Origin: Candidatus Latescibacterota bacterium
GTDB lineage: Bacteria; Latescibacterota; UBA2968
Reading direction: 5' to 3'
DNA: 64,000 bases
Assembly (NCBI GenBank): GCA_965198115.1
Contig: OZ240241.1
Coordinates: forward strand, 4,928,001-4,992,000
The notes under the pieces are model-generated. The model was not told the DNA's origin. It saw only the letters and a list, made by a program, of their open reading frames with translations, and ran no database searches. The position numbers and the translations under genes are program-made. Positions 38,435 to 48,774 of the stretch are shown in pieces (positions within the stretch are counted from its first letter, which is position 1; every line of letters starts with the position of its first letter).

Positions 38435-38683
38435 AGTAATCCTTGACTTCAAGGGCTTGCGTCAATGGTGGCGTAGGCCCTCGTTTGAGCAACGTCGCTA
38501 AAGAGAGCTTCACAAGAAAAGGAAGCCCCCGCCAGCGTATGCCAGCGGGGGCTCTCAGGTGGGACCTTCGTGGGGGTTCTCAGGCGTCTGCGTCTGAATG
38601 AATCCAGGGCAGGGAAAGATGTGTTCGTGTCGTTTGCCTATGGCTACGTGGGATCTGAGCGCGTCAGCGGCCAGATGTGAGGA

Positions 38684-38780
38684 TCAGTCTTCGTATGCCA
38701 CCGGCACCCGCACCGTAAACGTGCTGCCCTTGCCCACCTGGCTCTCCACGCCGATCGTTCCACCCAGCAGCTCTGCATGT
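38684..38780 (-). pseudogene. Histidine kinase HATPase C-terminal remnant
   Basis: Minus strand reads ELLGGTIGVESQVGKGSTFTVRVPV. Confidence 0.7.
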
Positions 38781-38899
38781 CGCCGCTCAGACTGGCCGAG
38801 GGGTGAAGCCACAGATCTCGAAGACCTGATGGAGCAGATCGCGGACCTTGATTCATCCTTCAGTCACCAACTCCATCGAACGCCCCCTGGAGGTCCCCT

Positions 38900-39385
38900 G
38901 TGAAGGCCCTGTATGACCGTTGGGCTGAGTGGTATGACGAATACCTCGGTGGGCCTCTCTACGAGCCAATGGCTGGACACGTGCGCAGGCTTGTCGGAAA
39001 TGGTAACGGCTATTGCCTTGATGCCGGTTGTGGAACAGGCGTTCATCTGAAGACGCTCAACGACCTGGGCTGGTCGGTAATCGGGGTCGATCTGTCGCGA
39101 AACCAGCTCCGACTTGCCTATCGGCGATCGCCACACGTCATCCAGGGTGGCGTAGGTTTCTTACCGCTTCCCTCAGGTCTGTTCGATCGGTGCGTATCGG
39201 TGCTCACCGTGACCGATTTAGACGATGTCGGTCCGTTTTTCACCGAAGCGGAGCGCGTGCTCCATTCAGATGGCCGGTTGGTGGTCGTTGCGACGCATCC
39301 TTGCTTCGTTGGCGCATTCTCGCGAATGGAGGCGGCCTTTCGAGTCGCCGTGAGTGCGTTTCTAGCCTGTTCGGGCGTCTTGTAG
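38900..39385 (+). pseudogene. Class I SAM methyltransferase, truncated near 39325
   Basis: LDAGCGTG, GVDLS and THPCF motifs; the tail runs into an IS fragment. Confidence 0.75.
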
Positions 39386-39435
39386 CCGTGACGTTCGATG
39401 ATCCACCTGTGGTTGTATCTGTCCCGGAACCCTCT
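39330..39435 (-). pseudogene. IS3/IS481-type integrase-core C-terminal remnant
   Basis: Minus strand reads FRDRYNHRWIIERHGYKTPEQAR. Confidence 0.6.
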
Positions 39436-39459
39436 TGATTGACCCCTCCGAGTAGCTCT

Positions 39460-39775
39460 CCCTTCCTTGGGGAATGAGAAACTCGATTAAATTTGGACGA
39501 TCTTTTTCTGCCGGGGCTCTGGGGCGGATTTGATGAAATCGTTCCGAATTAGGGGCCTATGGCATCTGAGTGGGTAGAGGATCAGCAAATCCAGTATCAC
39601 TTCTCTGATCACGATTGCCCACCACTTCCACGCGACTCTTCGGCTCACAATCGTCTAAATTTTAAGAAAACGGCGTGTAAAGACCATAGACGGACGATCG
39701 TCAAAAAACTGACTTCAAGTCGGATTTAAAAAGATCGGGCTTTTTAGATCGAGTTTCTCTACGCGAAGGAAGGGA
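39460..39775. mobile_element. MITE-like element with imperfect terminal inverted repeats
   Basis: CCCTTCCTT..GAGAAACTCGAT..CGATCTTTTT at the left mirrored by AAAAAGATCG..ATCGAGTTTCTC..AAGGAAGGG at the right. Confidence 0.5.
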
Positions 39776-39883
39776 AGGTCATGCGGGAGGCTTACGAGTA
39801 GATGGCGATGCGAACTGTCACTGTGTCTGGCGAATCTGGTAATCCCTCAAGCCCAAAGTTCTGAGCAAGCATGACAACACCAG

Positions 39884-40010
39884 GGTCAAGTCCCATTGTC
39901 AGTGAAACTCATCGGGCTCCGTTGATTGTTCATGCTCTCTGTCGAGCATTCTGCTCGTTGCCGAGAGAAGTCACATGATGCTTGCTGCGAGCGGAGAAAT
40001 GGTAGCCACT
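39884..40010 (-). mobile_element. Diverged terminal remnant of the IS256 type found at 57445
   Basis: GGTCAAGTCCCATTGTCAGTGAAACTCATCGGGCTCCGT closely matches 57445-57484. Confidence 0.75.
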
Positions 40011-40019
40011 GCTTGGGAG

Positions 40020-40193
40020 ACCACCGAAACCCGGTCAGCCCTGATGAAAAGGGTTCGGCAAAGCGGTACCTCAGCAGAGCTACGGGTCAGGCAGACCCTT
40101 ACATCAATCGGAGCGAGATACAGACTCAACGTTCGCAGTCTGCCTGGCACTCCTGACGTCGCAAACAGGATTCGGGCCAAGGCCATTTTCTTT
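40020..40193 (+). pseudogene. vsr: Very-short-patch repair endonuclease N-terminal fragment
   Basis: RSALMKRVRQSGTSAELRVR...YRLNVRSLPGTPDV...AIF. Confidence 0.8.
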
Positions 40194-40849
40194 GGGAATT
40201 ATATACAATTGTAAACAGGGTTGGACTTACCGGTCTTGCTGGCGTTTCTCTGGTTGTTGCTCAGGGTCCGCTGGACGTGCTCGGGCAAACAGTGCCTTGG
40301 CTAGCTCCTCCGGGGTACCCTCGAATTTCATTATGCGTTCAGGCCGGCCACGCTTCTTACGTTGCTTTTTCATATTCTCTCCGATTGGGCTATTCGTTCA
40401 TTCTGACGCTTGAGAGCGGCTCTTGCTCCGCCAGCTCACCGTGCCATGCTTCATCGAGATCGCTCAAGGTCCAGGAGTCCTTGAAGGCGGCCCCTGCCGC
40501 CTTGCTCCCTACAGGCGCAGCATAGGTGCGGTTGCTATTGAACGGCGGGTCGAGGTAGACCAGATCGACGCACTCGCTATTCATGCCGCGCATAACGTCG
40601 AGGTTGTCACCTGTCCAAATGGTCCGGTTTTCCAGTTGGGTTTCATTCAGGCGATCAGATCGAGCAGCGATGGCCGGACGGGCAGCCGGATTGCCCGAAA
40701 TGTGGATCACTGGCCACAGCACCGTCAAGCCGATTCACTCACTTCCAGGGCAGAGTTGCAGTACCGTAGGTAGGCCCCGCCTTCGCAGAATCGGCCCCCT
40801 GGCGCAAAACCCGGGGGGCCGATTCTGTTTACAATTGTATATAATTCCC
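40194..40849 (-). mobile_element. Non-autonomous IS1595-like mini-element (656 bp) with a DNA methyltransferase fragment and a small ORF
   Basis: Perfect 25-bp TIR GGGAATTATATACAATTGTAAACAG; 8-bp TSD TTTTCTTT; no transposase. Confidence 0.85.
40390..40646 (-). pseudogene. N6/N4 DNA methyltransferase N-terminal fragment
   Basis: NRTIWTGDNLDVMRGMNSECVDLVYLDPPFNSNR. Confidence 0.85.
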
Positions 40850-40929
40850 TTTTCTTTCCTGGCCATTCGGCCCCCTTTCTATGTTCCGATATCCTAACTT
40901 TAGGAATGGGAACAATCCAGGGGGGCAGG

Positions 40930-41082
40930 TCAGTCGACTGGTTCAACACACAAGCGGTTGCTCAAACCGATCGGAGACATCCCGCCACGCGAGTTTGAAC
41001 AGCACCACTACGATCAACGGGAAGCCCGGCCTTTGATGGCTGGACTCAACTAAACGAGCCTCCGAAATACCCGGGTGCTTGA
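40930..41082 (+). mobile_element. IS3-family 3' end remnant
   Basis: VDWFN..LLKPIGDIPPREFEQHHY, followed by a CTCCGAAATACCCGGG terminal motif. Confidence 0.7.
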
Positions 41083-42265
41083 GTCGGAGCGGACGCAGGT
41101 GTGCGGGCCTCGTTATCGGCACACGGAAGAGCGACAGGCTCACCGGGGCGGGCATGTGCCCAGCTCCCTGGTACTGGGTGGGCGGCTGGTCAAGGTGAAG
41201 CGGCCTCGGGTGCGGACGACCTCGGGGGAAGAGGTGTCGCTGCCGAGCTGGGAATCGTGGTCGGCCAGGGACCCGCTTGAGGCGCGTGCGATCGAACAGA
41301 TGCTGGTCGGGGTGTCGACGCGCAAGTACCGGCGCTCTCTGGAGGAGGTGCCTGAGGTCCTTGTGGGCCGTGGAACCAGTCGGAGCGCGGTAAGTGGCCG
41401 GTTCGTCCGTGGGACAGCCAGGAAACTGGCCACGCTGATGGAGCGCGATCTGTCCGAGCTGGGCCTGAAAGTGCTGATGCTCGACGGCGTCCACTATGCC
41501 GGCGATCACGTCATTGTGGCGGGGGTGGGCATTGACGGCCAAGGCCAGAAGCACGTGCTCGGACTCTGGGAAGGGGCGACGGAGAACAAGGCCACCTGCA
41601 CGGCCCTGCTGGAGGACCTTGTAGAGCGGGGCCTCCCCACCGACCGGGCTATCCTCGTGGTGATCGACGGCGGCAAGGCCCTTTACAGGGCTGTGCGGTC
41701 GGTCCTCGGAAGACGCGCGCTCATCCAGCGATGCCAGGAGCATAAGAAGCGGAACGTGTTGGACGCGCTGCCGGAGGGCAAGCGGGGGTCGGTGAAGCGC
41801 GCCCTGAAAGACGCGTTCAAAGCCGAAGATCCTGAACTAGCCGAGCGTATGCTGAAGAATCTGGCGAGGAGCCTGGACGAGCAGCACCCCGGTGCGGCCG
41901 CCTCGCTCCGCGAAGGGCTCGAGGATCTGCTGACGGTCAAACGCCTGGGCCTCGGTGGATCTTCCCTGGAGCGCACCCTTTCGAGCACGAACGTCATCGA
42001 AAACCTGATCGGACAGTTGCGCCAACTCTCAGGCCGCGTCAAGCGATGGAAGAGCGGCCGCATGATCCTGCGCTGGAGCGCCGCCGGTGCCTTGGAAGCC
42101 GAACGGGGCTTCCGGCGACTCAAGGGCTACCGCCAGATGACCAAGCTTGTGGTCGCCCTTCAGACGCACGATGCCGCCCTCGACGGGAACGTTGAAGGAC
42201 GCGCTGCAGCCGCCTGAAACCATCACATGCCGCTGTCCAATTTCAACAGCGAAAAAGACATTGCC
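41075..42265 (+). mobile_element. IS256-family element, 5'-truncated (transposase to 42217)
   Basis: GVSTRKY, LMLDG, VIDGGKAL, QRCQEHKKRNV and STNVIEN motifs; terminal AATTTCAACAGCGAAAAAGACATTGCC. Confidence 0.88.
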
Positions 42266-42478
42266 TTCAGGTGCCCTATTCCCGAAATAGGGGGCCCAAG
42301 GCTCCACAGATCGGTCTCATTATGGGAACGATGGGACTCGTTTTCGGCTACGTCACCGGGCGATCTGACCGCTGGCAAGAGGTCGAAGTGGATCGTCTGA
42401 ATGTCGGGTTAATCCCACAGTATCACGGTGGGGTCGCCCTGTCAGCTTCGCTCTCATTCTGACAACGGGAGGATGGCG

Positions 42479-42925
42479 ATGCATTCGTACATGCGGAGCA
42501 CAATTGTGCTGGTCGTGGTCGCGCTTCTGAGCCAGACTGTAGGCTGCACCACGGCCTCAGTTAGGCGGATCGAGAGGCACAGTATCCGGGAAGATCCTGG
42601 ATGGCGGGGCACGCTCGGACTAACGCTGGAAACGGAGAGTGACTATCCCGCTGCTTGGAAAGAGAAGAGGCTGCCGTGCACGTTCACCAGGATTGTGGTC
42701 AAGGGAGATGATTACCCGACGCCAGGTGGCGCCTGGATCGGCCTGAGCAGTGTCTACGTGAAGCACGAGGATCTTGGTGAAAGGAAGTGGTGGCCGTCTT
42801 CTCGGGAGCCCGAAGTGATTGCGAGGAGGTGTCTCTACAGTAGTATCATGACCTCGCTGGTGGGTGGGGCTGAGTATCCGTTCGCGGCCAGTCTTCTCCG
42901 GATGTTCGACCCTGCGACCGTTTAA
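42479..42925 (+). CDS. Hypothetical lipoprotein
   Basis: GGGAGG RBS; hydrophobic signal ending TVG-C. Confidence 0.45.
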   Translation: MHSYMRSTIVLVVVALLSQTVGCTTASVRRIERHSIREDPGWRGTLGLTLETESDYPAAWKEKRLPCTFTRIVVKGDDYPTPGGAWIGLSSVYVKHEDLGERKWWPSSREPEVIARRCLYSSIMTSLVGGAEYPFAASLLRMFDPATV

Positions 42926-43096
42926 TACTGATTGGCGAGTTTGTTTCCAAGGGTGCGGGTGCACATCTTACAGATTACGGCTGGGTCTGTGTACCGTCAT
43001 CACCACCGCGTGATGTTCAAAACAATGATGTAAGTCACGCGCAAAGCGAGGCAGTAGCACGAATCGATCGACCCGAAGTTTATCCGAAGACTGTGT

Positions 43097-43612
43097 TTGA
43101 TGGCTGTCGATTTGAAAGAACAGAAAACACCGATCATCATTGATACCGAGGCGTCAGGGTTCGCGTCGATGGGCTATCCGATCGAGATCGGCGTGGCGCT
43201 GGCCGATGGGTCGACGTTCTGCACTCTGATCAGCCCTCCAGCGCACTGGATCTATTGGGACGATGAAGCGGAGAAGGCCCACCGAATCGCGAGGGACATC
43301 TTGGAAACCTACGGGCAACCGATCGAGGAGGTCGCGACGGCTCTGAATAATCTGCTGGAAGGGAAAGTGGCCTACAGCGACGGGTGGGAGGTGGACAAAC
43401 CCTGGCTATCTGCTTTGTTCTGGGAGGCGGGAGTGACGCAGCAATTCCGGTTCAGCACGCTCGAGATGATTCTTTCAAGTCGACAGATGGAGCTCTGGCA
43501 CGAGACCAAGGCGCGTGTGGTGATCGAGATGGACGCCAAGCGGCATCGAGCGAGCAAGGATGCGCAGGTGATCCAGCAGACGTATCTGGAATCGAGGCGA
43601 GCGGGCACATAA
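43097..43612 (+). CDS. DEDD 3'-5' exonuclease-like protein
   Basis: IIDTEASG..YPIEIG and HRASKDA motifs. Confidence 0.85.
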   Translation: MMAVDLKEQKTPIIIDTEASGFASMGYPIEIGVALADGSTFCTLISPPAHWIYWDDEAEKAHRIARDILETYGQPIEEVATALNNLLEGKVAYSDGWEVDKPWLSALFWEAGVTQQFRFSTLEMILSSRQMELWHETKARVVIEMDAKRHRASKDAQVIQQTYLESRRAGT

Positions 43613-43632
43613 TACACATCGTCACCAATAAG

Positions 43633-43664
43633 AGAGCCCCGATCGCTGTCGCGGCGGGGCTTTT
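43633..43664. terminator. Terminator between convergent genes
   Basis: AGAGCCCC..GGGGCTTT hairpin. Confidence 0.65.
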
Positions 43665-43699
43665 GTCATTTGTCACTGGTCACCGGTCAATGAAGCGGT

Positions 43700-44200
43700 T
43701 CAGTCCTCCTCCGGCATCGCCACCTCCCCACCGCCCTGATCGGCAATGACACCACGCAAGTAGTTCAGCTCCTGATTGGCATCGCGGATGCGCTGAGCGA
43801 GCGTAGCGATGACGTTTCGGGAGATGTTGACTTCGACCTCATTGTTTTGTCGCATCACACCCTGAAGCTTGTACTTGCCAAGGACGAAGAGACTGGCCGC
43901 CTCAGTCGCGACGACGGTCGCGGAGCGTGGCTCCTCCGTGAAGATGCCCATTTCGCCGACGGGCGCGATCGGATCGATCTTCGCGATTTGAGTTCCGTCT
44001 TCTGTTCGAATCGACAGGGCGCCCGAGAGCAGGATGTACATCTGCTCGCTCCGATCCCCGTACCGACAGAGGACCGTCCCGGCATCGATCGATTTCCGAT
44101 CACAAACTTTGAGGACGGATATCGCCTGAGTCGGATTGAGGCCCTTGAAAAGGGGTATCCTCTGGACCGCGGCGACAAATTGCGAAACATCCTGACTCAC
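43700..44200 (-). CDS. Cyclic nucleotide-binding domain protein
   Basis: IPLFKGL, MYILLSG and VGEMGIF..PRSATV motifs. Confidence 0.9.
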   Translation of the reverse strand: MSQDVSQFVAAVQRIPLFKGLNPTQAISVLKVCDRKSIDAGTVLCRYGDRSEQMYILLSGALSIRTEDGTQIAKIDPIAPVGEMGIFTEEPRSATVVATEAASLFVLGKYKLQGVMRQNNEVEVNISRNVIATLAQRIRDANQELNYLRGVIADQGGGEVAMPEED

Positions 44201-44473
44201 AGACCCCTCTATTGAGATGACTTAAGCCACTGTTTCTTTGTGGCTTTTTGTGCGATTGCTTATCTTCGCGACCGGTTCGAAAGAGAAAAAGCATACAACG
44301 CAGGGGACGCAGAGGTTTTCGGCGGGAGAAGTCCGAGGAAGACATCTTGGCTGGGTGGAACATCCGCGTTCGACGTTCTTCCCGGTTCGTCTCTGCTGCC
44401 GTCCAAATATAGGTCTTCTCTGCGGTCTCCGCGTTTTCTGCGTTGAAAGGTTTTGGTTCCTGGGGGTTGTAAG

Positions 44474-45742
44474 ATGCAACTGATTCCGTTCCTGGATGAG
44501 ACTCTGGTCAAAGAGATTCAGGTCACGTACGGGACACCTGTCTATGTATACGACCAAAAGACGCTGGAGACACAGGCCGATCAAGTGATGGCGTTTCCGA
44601 ACGCGTTCGGGTTGACGGCGCGCTATGCGATGAAGGCGCTTCCGTCCGCTGCCGTAATTCGCATCCTGTCCGACCGGGGTCTCCACATCGACGCGAGCAG
44701 CGGTTACGAGGCCGAACGGGCCCTCCGGGCGGGCGTTCCGGGTCCACATATCCTGATCACGGCACAGGAGTTTCCGCACAATGCGACGTCGCTGTTCGAC
44801 CAGGGCGTGCTGTTCAACGCGTGTTCGATCGCGCAGATCGATGCGTACGGGAAGGTCGCGCCGAACACGGAGCTTTCGATTCGCGTGAACCCGGGACTGG
44901 GATCGGGTCATTCCAATCGAACGAATGTCGGAGGGCCGGGCGCGAGCTTCGGGATCTGGCACGCCTACCTGGATAAGGCGCTCGAAGTGGCGAACCGCTA
45001 TGGCTTGGCCGTCCGCCGGATGCACACGCATATCGGCTCTGGAACCGATCCGGAGGTGTGGGAACGCGTGGCGCTGATGTCGCTCGAGATCTGTTCGCGT
45101 TTGCCCGATGCGACGGTGTTGAGTCTGGGGGGCGGCTACAAGGTGGCACGGGTAAAGGGGGAAGTGACGACGGACCTGCAAAAGATCGGTCTACACATCG
45201 TGGAAGCCTTTCGCACGTCGGCTGCGAAGACGGGCAAAGAACTGCAGCTGGAGGTCGAACCCGGCACGTATCTGGTCGCGAACGCGGGTGCGGTCGTCTG
45301 CACGGCGATCGATGTTGTCGACACGGGCGACGAGGGCTATCGCTTCATCAAGATCGACGGCGGGATGACGGAGATCGTGCGACCGAGTATGTATGGATCA
45401 CAACATCCGATCGAGGTCGTGCCGGGCGATGACGAACCGCGCCGGATGATCGAATACATCGTGGCGGGCCATTGCTGTGAGAGTGGAGATGTCCTGACGC
45501 CGGCGCCGGACGATCCGGAAGCGCTGGCCCCGCGTCTCCTGACAGAGACCCATATTGGTGACGCGGTCGTGATTGGAGGAGCCGGTGCGTATTGCTCCGG
45601 GCAGTCGACGAAGAACTACAATTCGTTTCCGGAAGCAGCCGAGGTGATGATCGCGCGCGACCGAACGCACGAGCTCGTCCGCGAAAGACAGACGATCGAT
45701 CAGATCCTTCAGAACGAGCGAATGCCGAGCTTTCTGAAGTGA
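44474..45742 (+). CDS. lysA: Diaminopimelate decarboxylase
   Basis: GTPVYVYD, YAMKA, IRVNPG, HTHIGS, EPGTYLV, HCCESGD and GAY motifs. Confidence 0.93.
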   Translation: MQLIPFLDETLVKEIQVTYGTPVYVYDQKTLETQADQVMAFPNAFGLTARYAMKALPSAAVIRILSDRGLHIDASSGYEAERALRAGVPGPHILITAQEFPHNATSLFDQGVLFNACSIAQIDAYGKVAPNTELSIRVNPGLGSGHSNRTNVGGPGASFGIWHAYLDKALEVANRYGLAVRRMHTHIGSGTDPEVWERVALMSLEICSRLPDATVLSLGGGYKVARVKGEVTTDLQKIGLHIVEAFRTSAAKTGKELQLEVEPGTYLVANAGAVVCTAIDVVDTGDEGYRFIKIDGGMTEIVRPSMYGSQHPIEVVPGDDEPRRMIEYIVAGHCCESGDVLTPAPDDPEALAPRLLTETHIGDAVVIGGAGAYCSGQSTKNYNSFPEAAEVMIARDRTHELVRERQTIDQILQNERMPSFLK

Positions 45743-45807
45743 GAAGGGAGCAGGCAGAAGGGAGAAGGGCCTTTGAGAGACGCGCGGGCGCAGAGCGCAT
45801 AGTGCCA

Positions 45808-45933
45808 CCTCCTGCCTCCTGCCTCCTGCCTCCTGCCTCCTGCCTCCTGCCTCCTGCCTCCTGCCTCCTGCCTCCTGCCTCCTGCCTCCTGCCTCCTGCC
45901 TCCTGCCTCCTGCCTCCTGCCTCCTGCCTCCTG
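45808..45933 (+). repeat. Perfect heptamer tract (CCTCCTG)x18
   Basis: 126 bp counted directly; ends 4 nt before the next ATG. Confidence 0.95.
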
Positions 45934-45937
45934 CCTG

Positions 45938-47041
45938 ATGTACGATGTCGTCATCATCGGCGCAGGCATCAACGGATGCGGCATCGCGCTCGAGTTGTGC
46001 AGACGGGGCCATCGCGTTGCGATCGTCGATAAGGGGACGGTGGGTGGGGGGACGTCCTCCAGGTCTTCACGTCTGATTCACGGTGGGTTGCGATACCTCG
46101 AACAGTTTCGTTTTCGGCTCGTTCGGGAGGCCTTGCAGGATCGAGCCGAGCTCCTCCGTACGTATCCGAATCTGGTTCGTCTCGAACCGTTCTACTTTCC
46201 CGTCTACGAAGACAGCCCTCGTTCGACCTGGATGATCGGGGCCGGTGTTCGCCTCTACGATTGGCTCGGGGGGCAGCCCTTCGGGCAGCGGTCACGCGTC
46301 ACGCCTCGTGAATTTGCAGCCACCTTCCCAGCTATTCGCACGGATCGACTGACAGCCGTCTTCCGGTACTTCGACGGAAAGACGGACGATCTCGGTCTGA
46401 CTTGCCGCGTCGCTGAGGATGCCCGAGAGTTGGGGTGCGAGATTCGGGAAGAGACCCGCATCGACTCGATCGAATGGGGTCGGACTTCGGTGACTCTACG
46501 AACGTCGATGGGTGAGTTCGAAGCACCGGTGGTCGTCAATGCGACCGGTCCCTGGATCGACGAGGTGAATGCGGCCCACGATCTGCCGGCACGATGTGGC
46601 ATTCGGAAAGTGAGTGGTATCCACCTGTTCTTCGACGGTCTGCTCACGCCCCATCCGCTGTTCCTGCAGACGGCGACACGACGCATATTCTTCGTCATAC
46701 CCGAGCGTGATAACGGACAGACGATGATCGGAACGACGGAGCGCGAAGAGTCTGTGCCGTCGGATGATGTGACGGTCACCGATGCCGATGTGGACACCCT
46801 CATTGACGCGGTGAACTCCTATTTGCGTCCCCGGTCTGCGTTGAAACCGTCCCGCGTGAAGGACGTGACGATCGGGATTCGGGCGTTGGTTTCGAGTCGT
46901 GAGGATCCGACCGATCTTTCTAGAGAGTATGAATTGGACTTGCACGAGTGAGATGGTGCGCGTTTGCTCCACGTGTTCGGGGGAAAGTTGACGACGTATC
47001 TGTCGCTTTCGCGGAAAGCGGCGAAGTTGCTAAGGTTGTAG
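45938..47041 (+). pseudogene. Glycerol-3-phosphate dehydrogenase/oxidase-like FAD enzyme with an in-frame TGA at 46949
   Basis: IGAGING, GTSSRSSRLIHGGLRYL and NATGPW motifs; the conserved GGKLTTY lies in frame after the TGA. Confidence 0.85.
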
Positions 47042-47156
47042 AGCCAAGAAGAGCAGCCACTGAGGTCACTGAGAGCACTAGAAGAAGGTTCGATGAGGCA
47101 CGTTCCAGGCTCACTCGGCGTATGATCGGACTCAGGGAAAAACACGGGAGGGATGA

Positions 47157-48572
47157 ATGGCTTTGTTCGAGCCGCTCGTAGAGTTTCAACAGCGGGAGAT
47201 GCCGGAACGACAGCTCGGGTTCTGGCAGATGGCGGGACCTGGCGCCATCCTGGTCGGACTGTCGATCGGGGCTGGCGAGATCATCATCTGGCCTCGCCTC
47301 GTTGCCGAGTTCGGTGCGGATATGGTGTGGGCGGCTGTGCTCGGGGTTTTCCTGCAGATGTGGATCAATTTCGAGGTGGGACGCTGGACGATTGCGACAG
47401 GAGAGACGGTCTTTACGGGATTCGCTCGAGTCTGGCGGGGATTCGCGCCGATTTTCATTCTGTTGACGATCTTCTCGTGGATCGCGCCGGGATGGGGGCG
47501 CGCGAGTGGGTTGGCGTTGAAGGCGCTCCTGTTGGGTCCGGATGGATTCGGGTCGGACACGTTCTGGACGATCATCTCGTTCGTCGGATGCGCGCTGCTG
47601 CTGTTCGGACCCAAGCTGATTTACAATTCGGTCGAGAAGTCGGTCGAGCTGCTCGTGCTGATTGTGACCGTTGGTCTGATCGTCGTGGCGTTCGCGGTCG
47701 GAACGGCGGATACGTGGAGCGAGCTGTTCAGGGGTGTGGCGAACGTGGGGTATCGTGACCCTGGCGTAACCGTGAAACAGCTGTTCATCGCGATTGTGTT
47801 CGCCGGGGCGGGTGGCACGGCCAACCTCTTTTACACGTTCTACCTTCGCGACAAGCACATTGGAATGGGCGCACACGTGCCGACGATGCAGAACCCTTTG
47901 AGAGCAAGGGCAGAGGCGATTCCGTCGACGGGATTCCGCTACGAGGAAACGGAAGAGAACGCCGCTCGGTTTCAGGCGTGGTGGGATTATATCAAGAAGG
48001 ACCAGATGCTGTTCTTCTGGGTGCTGAATACGGTGACGATTATGCTGTTCATTTTCGGCGCGCTGGCCGTGCTGCACCCACAGGGGATCGTGCCGGAGCG
48101 CGGAACCCTGATCTGGGACGAGGCGCAGATCCTGGGCGAGGTGTGGGGACCGACGGGGCGGTCGATCTTCCTTCTGGTTGGCCTCGCGACGTTATTCGGC
48201 ACGCAGCTCGCCCTGATCGACGGGGTCTCCCGTTCGATCGCTGACATCCTCTACACGAATTTCAGCGCCGCGCGAGGACGGTCGACGAGTTGGTGGTACG
48301 TGCTGATCGCCGCCTCGTGGATGGTCATTGGTTGCGTGATTACGTACGTGATGGAAAACGCAGGTGTCAGCGAGTTGGGTTTCCTGTTCAACGCAGCCTA
48401 CATCGGCGGATTCGCGATGGCGATTTACGTTCCGCTCCTGCTGTTCTGTAACCACCGATATTTGCCAAAGTCGGCCAAGCCCGGTCCCATCTGCACGGTG
48501 GTTATGGCCGTGGCGTCGTTCGTCTACATCGCGTTCGCCGTTGCGTGTGTGTTGTGGGAGTTGGGATTGTAA
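47157..48572 (+). CDS. Nramp-like/APC-fold transporter
   Basis: GPGAILVGLSIGAGE..WP and GRWTIATGET motifs; about 11 TM helices. Confidence 0.85.
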   Translation: MALFEPLVEFQQREMPERQLGFWQMAGPGAILVGLSIGAGEIIIWPRLVAEFGADMVWAAVLGVFLQMWINFEVGRWTIATGETVFTGFARVWRGFAPIFILLTIFSWIAPGWGRASGLALKALLLGPDGFGSDTFWTIISFVGCALLLFGPKLIYNSVEKSVELLVLIVTVGLIVVAFAVGTADTWSELFRGVANVGYRDPGVTVKQLFIAIVFAGAGGTANLFYTFYLRDKHIGMGAHVPTMQNPLRARAEAIPSTGFRYEETEENAARFQAWWDYIKKDQMLFFWVLNTVTIMLFIFGALAVLHPQGIVPERGTLIWDEAQILGEVWGPTGRSIFLLVGLATLFGTQLALIDGVSRSIADILYTNFSAARGRSTSWWYVLIAASWMVIGCVITYVMENAGVSELGFLFNAAYIGGFAMAIYVPLLLFCNHRYLPKSAKPGPICTVVMAVASFVYIAFAVACVLWELGL

Positions 48573-48774
48573 AGGCAAAGGCAGCCACGGAGAACACGGA
48601 GGGTTGAGGGTGGGCCGAGGCGATGCAGGCCCTATCGGGAACGAGATCGTGGTAGATCGTTGCGGTGGGATGGAACAAGAAGGCGCGAAGTACCCCCTAT
48701 GACGAAGGCAACAAAAGCGTAGGGACGGTTCGTGAACTGTCCCTACGCCCAATGCGGAACACGTTCGTCGCACG

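Larger units (their letters stand above)
27315..43000. mobile_element. Decayed genomic island at tRNA-Leu (satellite core plus phage, RM and IS debris); right boundary approximate
   Basis: Excisionase, primase, phage-like genes and many fragments follow the tRNA; no integrase or attR seen. Confidence 0.7.

Noticed and set aside
45208-45217. CTTTCGCAC as a possible attR copy of the tRNA 3' end
   Set aside because: Short chance match inside intact lysA.
45398-46032. ORFs with QEAGGRR or LLPPASC peptide repeats
   Set aside because: Translations of the heptamer tract that overlap real genes.
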